Assembly (NCBI GenBank): GCA_963777605.1
Contig: CAVZRV010000029.1
Span: forward strand, 160,001 to 224,000
DNA length: 64,000 nucleotides
Source of the DNA: an uncultured Acidobacteriota bacterium
Lineage (GTDB): Bacteria; Acidobacteriota; UBA6911; RPQK01; JAPXNP01
Direction of reading: 5' to 3'
Shown in pieces: positions 11,670-19,518 of this stretch. The notes beneath the pieces are model-generated. The model did not search any database and was not told the DNA's origin. It worked only from the letters and a program-made list of their open reading frames with translations. The translations under genes and the position numbers were made by a program. Within the stretch, counting starts at the first letter, position 1, and each line of letters opens with the position of its first letter.

Positions 11670-13240
11670 AGAAACTCCGGGTCGACCAGACAGTCCGGTC
11701 GGATGTGGTAGTGATCGGGAGCGGCGTTGCCGGGTTGACGGCAGCCCTGAGTCTCTCTCCCCTCTCGCTGACGCTTCTGACCAAAGGCAAATTGGGCCGC
11801 GCGAGCTCGAGTTGGCTTGCTCAGGGCGGAATCGCAGTGGCTTGGGACGCGAAGGATTCGCCCGCCTCCCATGCCCGGGATACCCTGGCTGTGGGCGGCG
11901 GACTGTCCGACCGGGACGCAGTCGACCTGATCACCCAGAATGGCCCGGAACGGATTGCGCAGCTACTCGAATTGGGCGCCCAGTTCGACAAGGATGACGA
12001 GGGGCACCTTCGTCTCGGACGGGAGGCGGCCCACTCTCGACGGCGAATCGTCCACGCCAATGGGGACGCTACCGGTGCTGCCGTCGTGGATGCCCTGGTT
12101 GGCGCGGTGCGCGGACTTCCTTCGCTCGCACTCTACGAGGATTGGGGAGTTTTGGACCTCCTGGTTGACGGAAACCGCGTTTTGGGGGTGCTTGCCGCCG
12201 GACCGGACGGAAACCTGACCGCTTTTCTCGGCGGCGCGACTGTTCTCGCTACGGGTGGAGTGGGCGGACTCTACTCCTGGACGACCAATCCGTTGGAATC
12301 GACCGGCGACGGCCTGGCGATGGCGGCCCGGGCGGGGGCCCGGCTGGCCGACCTGGAATTTGTTCAGTTCCACCCGACCGCGCTGGACGCCAAATCCAAT
12401 CCACTTCCCCTGCTGACGGAGGCGCTCCGGGGTGAGGGATCGATTCTGGTCAATTCCCAGGGCGACCGGTTCATGGTTGACCAGCATCCGCTGGCTGAAC
12501 TCGGGCCTCGCGACGTTGTGGCTCGGGCGATCTGGGCCCAGTTGGAAGGCGGGGAACAGGTATTTCTGGATGCTACCAAAGCAGTCGGTGCCACCTTCCC
12601 GGAACGGTTTCCGACGGTATTTCGATTCTGCCGTGAACTGGGCCTCGATCCTCGGCGCGAGCGGATTCCGGTGACCCCGGCTGCCCACTACCACATCGGC
12701 GGAGTGGAATCGGACTGCGCGGGCCGCACCTCTCTCGAGGGACTTTGGGTCTGCGGCGAGGTCGCCGCTACCGGCGTTCACGGGGCCAACCGTCTCGCCA
12801 GCAATTCCCTGCTCGAAGCCCTCGTCTTTGGCAAGCGGGTTGCCGAGGACGTCAAGGACGCCTGGAGACCTCGCAAGATCCGGGCTCCCTTTGCCAGCGG
12901 GCTCGAACTCGGTGTGACCTTTGGGAGGGACGAACTCAAGGAGCGAATTCGTCGCCTGATGTGGGAGCGGGTTGGACTGATCCGTGACGAGTCAGGGTTG
13001 AATGAAGCGCTCAATGAGTTCAACGAGCGGGAGTCGGACCGTTCGATCGGCCTCGGGGAGGTGCGCAACATGATCACGGTTGGACGTCTGATCGCAACGG
13101 CGGCGCAGATGCGGCAGGAAAGCCGTGGGGTGCACTTCCGGAGCGACTACCCCGAAGCCAGCGAGTCGTGGAGCCATCGCCTGGTCCTGACCGATCCCTT
13201 GTCCTACTCCGGCGAAGGGGCTCTTGCCAGGGCTTTCTGA
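11666..13240 (+). CDS. nadB: L-aspartate oxidase
   Basis: GSGVAGL, AQGGIA, EFVQFHPT, TEALRGEG, GVHGANRLASNSLLE, ESRGVHFRSDYP. ATGA overlap with nadA. Confidence 0.96.
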   Translation: MKKLRVDQTVRSDVVVIGSGVAGLTAALSLSPLSLTLLTKGKLGRASSSWLAQGGIAVAWDAKDSPASHARDTLAVGGGLSDRDAVDLITQNGPERIAQLLELGAQFDKDDEGHLRLGREAAHSRRRIVHANGDATGAAVVDALVGAVRGLPSLALYEDWGVLDLLVDGNRVLGVLAAGPDGNLTAFLGGATVLATGGVGGLYSWTTNPLESTGDGLAMAARAGARLADLEFVQFHPTALDAKSNPLPLLTEALRGEGSILVNSQGDRFMVDQHPLAELGPRDVVARAIWAQLEGGEQVFLDATKAVGATFPERFPTVFRFCRELGLDPRRERIPVTPAAHYHIGGVESDCAGRTSLEGLWVCGEVAATGVHGANRLASNSLLEALVFGKRVAEDVKDAWRPRKIRAPFASGLELGVTFGRDELKERIRRLMWERVGLIRDESGLNEALNEFNERESDRSIGLGEVRNMITVGRLIATAAQMRQESRGVHFRSDYPEASESWSHRLVLTDPLSYSGEGALARAF

Positions 13241-13345
13241 TGACACCTTTCCCCGACCGTCCTGCCCTTGTGTCGTGCACCTTGGGTTCCTGACGGCTAG
13301 AAAAGCGATTTAACAGAAGATTTTCAAATAGGTGCGGAGGATCGA

Positions 13346-14194
13346 ATGAAACTGCCCCGGATTCTGTGCGAAGACCTCGTTCGTCGTGCTCTCATGGAAG
13401 ACCTAGGTCGGGTCGGGGACCTGACGTCCGATGCCATCATCCCGCTTGGGGCTCGGGCCAAGGGCAGGTTGGTCAGCCGGGAAGATGGGTGCGCGGCCGG
13501 TCTCCTGGTTTCGACACTTGCCTTCCAGATCATGGACCCCCAGGTGGAGGTGGAACTCCTGGCCGGCGATGGGGACCGGATCAAGGAAGGGCAGTTGCTG
13601 GCCCTGGTCGAGGGTGAAGCCCGCTCGATTCTTGCTGCGGAACGCACCGCTCTCAATTTTCTGGCTCTCCTTTCGGGTATCGCCACGGCCACGCGCTGGA
13701 TCGTCGATCGCCTCGACGGGCACCCGGCCAAGATTGTCTGCACTCGCAAGACCACCCCCGGACTCCGGACGCTGGAGAAGTACGCTGTACGAAGCGGGGG
13801 AGGCTTCAACCACCGGTTTGGACTCGATGACGCCGTGCTGATCAAGGACAATCACCTGGCGGTGGCGGGCAGCATCGAGGAGGCCGTGCGCCGGGTTCGC
13901 TACAACGTCGGGCACATGGTCAAGGTGGAAGTCGAGGTTGACACGATGGAACAGCTGGCTGTTGCCGTGAAGCAACCGATCGACGCGGTGCTCCTCGACA
14001 ACATGTCGATCGACCAGGTCCGTGAGGCGGTCCGGTTCGTGAACCGGAAGCTGATCACCGAGGTGTCGGGAGGAATCACACCTGATTTGGCGGTGGAATA
14101 TGCGGCCGCCGGCGTTGACCTGATCTCCCTCGGATGGCTCACCCACAGTGCTCCGGCGCTCGACGTCTCGCTCGATGTCGAAGCCGTCTCCTGA
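13346..14194 (+). CDS. nadC: Quinolinate phosphoribosyltransferase
   Basis: ERTALNFL, TRKTTPGLR, NHRFGLDDAVLIKDNH, VEVEVD, LLDNM. Confidence 0.96.
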   Translation: MKLPRILCEDLVRRALMEDLGRVGDLTSDAIIPLGARAKGRLVSREDGCAAGLLVSTLAFQIMDPQVEVELLAGDGDRIKEGQLLALVEGEARSILAAERTALNFLALLSGIATATRWIVDRLDGHPAKIVCTRKTTPGLRTLEKYAVRSGGGFNHRFGLDDAVLIKDNHLAVAGSIEEAVRRVRYNVGHMVKVEVEVDTMEQLAVAVKQPIDAVLLDNMSIDQVREAVRFVNRKLITEVSGGITPDLAVEYAAAGVDLISLGWLTHSAPALDVSLDVEAVS

Positions 14195-14296
14195 ATCTTG
14201 TGGCGCCCTCGTTTAAACTATTTGGCCCTCTGAAGCGTCTATCAGAATAAAGGGTTCCACGGGAGCGTAACTCTCGAATAGGAAAAGGAGGCGGCA

Positions 14297-14539
14297 ATGG
14301 CCCAACCATTGATGGGGTTTACACATCAGCGTCGGGATGCACTGTTCCGGCATATCATGCATGCCTTGAAGGAAATGCCTGCGGAGCTTCGCGAAGTGTT
14401 CATGCTTCGGCACTACGAGCACATGTCAGCCGATGAAATCGCCGGTCGGATGAGCCTCGATGCGGCCAACCTGGCTGAACTCGTGGAGAGGGCAAACGGG
14501 ACTTTCTTCAAAAACCTTCACGACTGTGACCGAGCCTGA
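14297..14539 (+). CDS. Small protein consisting only of an ECF sigma-70 region 4-like HTH
   Basis: Strong RBS AAGGAGG. ALKEMPAELREVFMLRHYEHMSADEIA matches the region 4 pattern. Confidence 0.65.
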   Translation: MAQPLMGFTHQRRDALFRHIMHALKEMPAELREVFMLRHYEHMSADEIAGRMSLDAANLAELVERANGTFFKNLHDCDRA

Positions 14540-14596
14540 AGAGCTGGGTGTTTTCCGCGTTAGCCAACCAGTGCCGTTCGACTTGTCCTGACTGCG

Positions 14597-15028
14597 ATGC
14601 GTCATCCGAATCCTTCCTCCCTCGAACTTGAAGTCCTTGCGGGATCTTATGCAGTGACTCGACTTGACTCAGATACCGCCATGCCGGACTGGCTTCCGGT
14701 GGCGGGGTTCACCGCGTTGGTACGAACGCCCCGGGAGTTGTCGGTCGTCTGCCGGGAAGACTCCGTCCCTACCCATCTCAGGTCGGAACGGGGATGGCGC
14801 TGTGTGGGAGTCCTCGGCACCCTTGATTTCTCCCTGGTTGGAATCCTGTCCGGACTCACGTCGATCCTTGCCGCTGAAGGGATCAGTGTCTTTGCGGTGT
14901 CCACCTTTGACACCGACTACTTCCTGGTGCGGGGATTCGACCTCGACCGGGCTCTTAGCGCTCTCGAAAGCGCGGGGCACCGCGTCTTGAAATCGTCTGA
15001 GGACCCGCCCTGCAGATCTCTCAGTTGA
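14597..15028 (+). CDS. ACT-domain (CASTOR/ACT_7-like) amino-acid binding protein
   Basis: [36 protein letters not shown]. Confidence 0.85.
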   Translation: MRHPNPSSLELEVLAGSYAVTRLDSDTAMPDWLPVAGFTALVRTPRELSVVCREDSVPTHLRSERGWRCVGVLGTLDFSLVGILSGLTSILAAEGISVFAVSTFDTDYFLVRGFDLDRALSALESAGHRVLKSSEDPPCRSLS

Positions 15029-16250
15029 CCCGAATTCGGCCGAACTTGCGCTTTCCGACCCGAAGGACAAACTCGTCCAGAGTCCCGGAGACGACCTCGA
15101 ACGCCGGGTCTGAGACCCTGTCACCGTTGATCGAGACGCCTCCCTGCTTGATCAGGCGGCGGGCTTCCGACTTGGATGCGGCGAACTCGACCTGGGCGAT
15201 GACATCGGCCAGCAGCAACGGCCCGCCGGGAGACGAAACCTGGAACAAGGCCATTTCTTCCGGCTCTTCCCTCTGTCGAAACACCCGGTCGAAATGTTCT
15301 TCCGCCGACTTGGCGGCCTCGACCGAGTGAAACCCCTTCACGATCGCGAACGCAAGTGATGCCTTTGCCTTTACAGGGTGCAGTTCGCCGCTCTTGACCT
15401 GTTCTTGCAGGCGGGCAATCTCTGCACGCGATCGGTCGGTCAGCACTTCGTAGTAGCGCCACATGAGTTCATCGGTGATCGACATGAGCTTGCCATACAT
15501 TTCCTCGGGGGGGTCAGTGATTCCCACGTAGTTGCCGAGCGACTTGCTCATTTTCTCGACGCCGTCCAATCCCTCGAGAATCGGCACCATCAACAGGACC
15601 TGCGGAACCTGGCCGTACTCCCGCTGGATGTCCCTGCCCACCAGCAGGTTGAACTTCTGGTCGGTGCCACCCATTTCGAAGTCGGCCTTCAGGTAGACAC
15701 TGTCGAAAGCCTGGGCCAATGGATAGATCAGCTCATGAATGGAAATCGGCTGCTGGCTCGCCATTCGTTTGGAGAAATCGTCCCGCTCGAGCATTCGGGC
15801 GACGGTGTAGCGACCGCACAGACGAATGAAGTCGTCGGCGTTCAACTGTCCCAGCCATCGGCTGTTGAAGTCGATGACCGTCTTCTCCGGGTCGAGGATC
15901 TTGAATACCTGCGTCTTGTATGTTTCCGCGTTCACCAGGATCTCTTCCCGGGTCATCGGCGGCCGGGTCTTGTTGCGCCCGGTCGGGTCGCCGATCAGTC
16001 CAGTGAAGTCGCCGATTACGAAGACGACCCGATGGCCCAGGTCCTGAAAGTGCTTCATCTTTCGAATCAGCACGGTGTGCCCCAGGTGAAGGTCAGGTGC
16101 CGTCGGGTCAAAACCAACCTTTACCGTCAGTCTCGTTCCGGTCTTCGCGGACCAGGTAAGTTTCTGGCGCAACTCGTCTTCGGTAATCACCTCCGCTGCG
16201 CCTTTCGCGAGGTAAGCCAACTGTTCTTCGATTGTCAGGTCCACCGGCAT
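15021..16250 (-). CDS. tyrS: Tyrosine-tRNA ligase
   Basis: [28 protein letters not shown]-terminal S4 domain. Confidence 0.97.
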   Translation of the reverse strand: MPVDLTIEEQLAYLAKGAAEVITEDELRQKLTWSAKTGTRLTVKVGFDPTAPDLHLGHTVLIRKMKHFQDLGHRVVFVIGDFTGLIGDPTGRNKTRPPMTREEILVNAETYKTQVFKILDPEKTVIDFNSRWLGQLNADDFIRLCGRYTVARMLERDDFSKRMASQQPISIHELIYPLAQAFDSVYLKADFEMGGTDQKFNLLVGRDIQREYGQVPQVLLMVPILEGLDGVEKMSKSLGNYVGITDPPEEMYGKLMSITDELMWRYYEVLTDRSRAEIARLQEQVKSGELHPVKAKASLAFAIVKGFHSVEAAKSAEEHFDRVFRQREEPEEMALFQVSSPGGPLLLADVIAQVEFAASKSEARRLIKQGGVSINGDRVSDPAFEVVSGTLDEFVLRVGKRKFGRIRVN

Positions 16251-16308
16251 AGATGGGTCATTATAGAGATTCGCTCAAGCCCTTCGCAAAGTCGGCAGGG
16301 GTCGGCTG

Positions 16309-16337
16309 TTGAATCTTCGACGGACTCAAGGTATAGG
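16309..16337 (+). promoter_or_regulatory. Sigma70-type promoter divergent from tyrS
   Basis: TTGAAT-N17-TATAGG immediately before the structured segment starting ~16349. Confidence 0.45.
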
Positions 16338-16348
16338 ATTGCTTTCGA

Positions 16349-16500
16349 GGAATCCCGGGGAGTCCTGATGAAGCGGTTAGGGTCCCTGCTCCAGGACGAA
16401 TGACCGGATTTCCGGGCACGTGTTTTCAAGGATCTTCCAATCCCGGGCTTGCAGGTCGGATTACGCGGACGTATCCTCATGAAACGTCTCCGGGGTTTCC
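16349..16500 (+). ncRNA. Candidate 6S-like rod-shaped RNA
   Basis: By-eye pairing: GGAATCCCGGGGA with TCTCCGGGGTTTCC, ATGAAG/CCTCAT, GTCC/GGAC, a central bubble, TGACC/GGTCG and TCCGGG/CCCGGG. It has its own promoter. No covariance model was run. Confidence 0.4.
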
Positions 16501-16594
16501 AGTGTCTCCGGGCGCCCGACCCTGGGCGCTCTGAGCCGCCACTCCGGGGAGGCGGCCTGCGGTCGGTATCTTTTATTGAGGGGGATCATGTTAG

Positions 16595-17707
16595 ATGACG
16601 ACAATTCCTGAGAAACTCCTGAACAAGCAGGGTCGACTGACCTCGCTGGACTTCTTTCGCGGCATGACCATGTTTCTGCTGGTGGCGGAGAGCGCCGGGA
16701 TTTACGAGTCGCTCCTGTCTCCTGAAACGAAGGGGACCTGGATCGCGACGATTGCGACTCAGTTTACGCACCATCCGTGGAACGGCCTCCATTTCTGGGA
16801 CCTCGTGCAGCCCTTCTTCATGTTCATCGTGGGCGTGGCAATGCCGTTTTCCTTTGCCAAGCGCTGGGACCGGGGCGACAGCTACTCCGTGACCCTGAAG
16901 CACGCTCTGATGCGCTCGTTTCTCCTGCTCGCGTTCGGAGTGGGCCTGTACGTTCAGGCAGCGGGTCACCTTGTTTTCGAGTTGTGGAACGTCCTCGCTC
17001 AACTCTCCTTCACCTACCTGGTGGCCTTCCTGATGATGCGCAAATCGTTGCGTACCCAATTAATCTTCACGATTGGCCTGCTGGTTCTCAGTGAAGCCCT
17101 CTACCGATTGTGGCCGATAGCCGGGTTCAACCAGCCCTTCACTCCGGATCAGAACTTCGGATCCTGGGTCGATTATCTCTTGATGGGCAAGCTCTCCGGA
17201 GGTCACTGGGTCGCGTTCAACGCGATTCCGACGACTGCCCACACGATGTGGGGAGTCATGGCAGGTTACGTGCTGATGAGCAGTCGGACCTGGACCAAGA
17301 AGATCCAGACCCTGATGATCTGGGGTTTGATCGGAGTCGTGATCGGCTACAGCCTGGATCCCATCACCCCGATCATCAAGCGCATTTGTACCTCTTCCTT
17401 TGTGATCGTTTCCGGCGGCTGGTGTCTGATTGCGCTGGCGCTCTGCTACTGGGTCATCGATGTCAAGGGATACAAGCGGTGGCTGAAGTTCGCCATTGTT
17501 TTCGGGATGAACCCGCTGTTTATCTACATCTTCGCTCATCTCGGAGGGGATGCCTGGCTCCACACCGTGGTTGCGCCCTTCACCGAAGGGTTCCTTTTCT
17601 GGGGAGGAACGGTATTCGTGGAATTCATCACCGCCGCCATTGTCCTCTGGATGGACTGGTACCTGGTCAACTGGCTCTTTGAGCGGAAGATATTCATCCG
17701 GCTCTGA
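16595..17707 (+). CDS. DUF5009 / heparan-alpha-glucosaminide N-acetyltransferase-like membrane acyltransferase
   Basis: RLTSLDFFRGMTM, HHPWNGLHFWDLVQPFFMFIVG, PIIKRICTSSF, GMNPLFIY. Confidence 0.88.
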   Translation: MTTIPEKLLNKQGRLTSLDFFRGMTMFLLVAESAGIYESLLSPETKGTWIATIATQFTHHPWNGLHFWDLVQPFFMFIVGVAMPFSFAKRWDRGDSYSVTLKHALMRSFLLLAFGVGLYVQAAGHLVFELWNVLAQLSFTYLVAFLMMRKSLRTQLIFTIGLLVLSEALYRLWPIAGFNQPFTPDQNFGSWVDYLLMGKLSGGHWVAFNAIPTTAHTMWGVMAGYVLMSSRTWTKKIQTLMIWGLIGVVIGYSLDPITPIIKRICTSSFVIVSGGWCLIALALCYWVIDVKGYKRWLKFAIVFGMNPLFIYIFAHLGGDAWLHTVVAPFTEGFLFWGGTVFVEFITAAIVLWMDWYLVNWLFERKIFIRL

Positions 17708-17737
17708 CGGCCGGTTTCTCCCGGAGGGAATAACTCA

Positions 17738-18842
17738 ATGAAATATCGATGGATCATCGCGGTACTTCTCCTCTGCGTGGGCGGCCTGATAGCCGCCGCG
17801 CAGGAGGGAGAGACGGACACGCCCGAAACACTTCTCCTGAAGGACTACCGACCCGAGTCGGCCTACCAGATCCCCCAGACCCAGGTTGACCGTGCCCGTT
17901 ATCCGGCGATCGACATGCATTCTCACGATGTACGCCAAGACGGACGAAGAGATCGCCCGGTGGGTCAAACTCATGGACGAGGTCGGGATTGAGAAGACGA
18001 TCGTCATGACCTACGCCACCGGGGAGAAGTTTGATCAGATCTATGCCCAGTACGCCGGGAAGTACCCGGGCCGGTTCGACGTCTGGTGCGGATTCGACTA
18101 CACCGGCTATGACCAGCCTGGCTACGGGGAAGCGGCGGTCCGGGAACTGGAACGCTGCGTCCGGGTTGGGGCCCGCGGAGTGGGCGAACTGGGAGACAAG
18201 GGTAAAGGTCTCTTTTACAGCACGCCTACGAAGGCTTGGGGAATGCACATCAACGACCCCAGAATGGACCCCTTGTTGGAGAAGTGCGCCGATCTGGGCC
18301 TTCCGATCAACATTCACGTGGCCGAGCCCTACTGGATGTACCTCCCGATGGATGCGCACAACGACGGCTTGATGAACGCCTTCGAGTGGCGTCTCGACAA
18401 CCAGCCTGGAATCTTGACCCACGAGGAGTTGATGCAGACCCTGGAAGGTGCCTGTGAACGTCATCCCCGGACGACGTTTATTGCCTGCCACTTTGCCAAC
18501 TGCTCATACGATCTGAACCGATTGGGGACCATGCTCGATCGTTTCCCGAACCTCTATGCCGACATCGCGGCCCGCTACGCCGAGACCGCGACGATTCCCA
18601 GGTTCGTGGCGAAGTTCTACCAGAAGTACCAGGATCGGCTCGTCTATGGGACCGACATGGAAGCGAATCCGGGCATGTACCGGATCACCTTCCGAATCCT
18701 GGAATCAGGTGACGAGCATTTCTACGAGCAAGGGCAATTCGGCTACCACTGGGCGCTCAACGCATTCGCACTTCCCGACAACGTTCTCCGCAAGGTCTAC
18801 CGCGAGAACGCGCTCAAGATCATTGCCTCCACCAAGAACTAA
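17738..18842 (+). CDS. Secreted amidohydrolase family protein; +1 frameshift at ~17930
   Basis: Signal peptide and IDMHSH in ORF 17738 continue into ORF 17886 (GLPINIHVAEP, FIACH, YGTD). Confidence 0.85.
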
Positions 18843-18880
18843 GGGGGGAGTCAGCAGGGAGAGGAAGACGTTCTCAAGTC

Positions 18881-19370
18881 AGCCCCGCCCCGGCGGCGCT
18901 GCGGGGATCATTCACAGAGTGAAACTGTGGGGCAACCACCAGACCACCGCGCCAACGGCGCAGGGTCATTTCCAGCCCGGGGGCAACGCCCCGGGAAAGG
19001 GTGCCGAGGTGGCGATGCAGCACTGAAAGTGCGATTCATCCGACCCCGGTCACATGGCAGGGTCACCTGCCAAAGCGCAATCATGGAGGCGAAACCCGGT
19101 GGCCGACTCGTCATCACCGCCGGGCGTTTCCAATTTGAATCGCGCTTTCATCGCTCTTGGACCATGCGATCGACGCAGTTCCTGGGGCGCTGCCCCAGGC
19201 TCGAAATGACCCTGCACCTTCGGTGCGAAAACCTTCTGCGAACTCGATTCCACCGCCTCGGCCTCACACACGACGCAACCGAACCCTCCCAACCATCCAG
19301 TTCTTCCAAATTGAAGTTTCAAGTCTGCCCCGCCCCCGGCGGCCGCCGGACCATTCAGAGAGTGAAACTC
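18881..19370. repeat. REPIN-like imperfect inverted repeat (18949-19226) flanked by two direct copies of a ~45-bp motif
   Basis: 18949-18995 pairs with 19181-19226 and 19020-19039 pairs with 19136-19154. Motif copies lie at 18882-18926 and 19327-19370. Confidence 0.7.
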
Positions 19371-19518
19371 CGCCGCAAGAACCCGGGGCCGTGGCTGCGC
19401 CTTAACCCCGGCTCTGTGTCTGTCTCGGGTTCTCGGGTCTCCGGTCTCCGGGTTTGGTGGCTTCGATCACGGAGACAAGCTGGAAGCTTATCCTACCGTG
19501 GTTTCACGTTAGCCCCCC

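Noticed and set aside
16362-16402. Hammerhead ribozyme suggested by CTGATGA
   Set aside because: The following stem is not closed by GAAA, and no stem I/III with a cleavage triplet could be built.
16251-16590. T-box leader for tyrS
   Set aside because: There is no T-box consensus on the minus strand, and a TATAAT lies 9 nt from the ATG, leaving no leader.
18881-19370. CRISPR array
   Set aside because: There are only two degenerate direct copies ~445 bp apart, no regular spacers and no cas genes.
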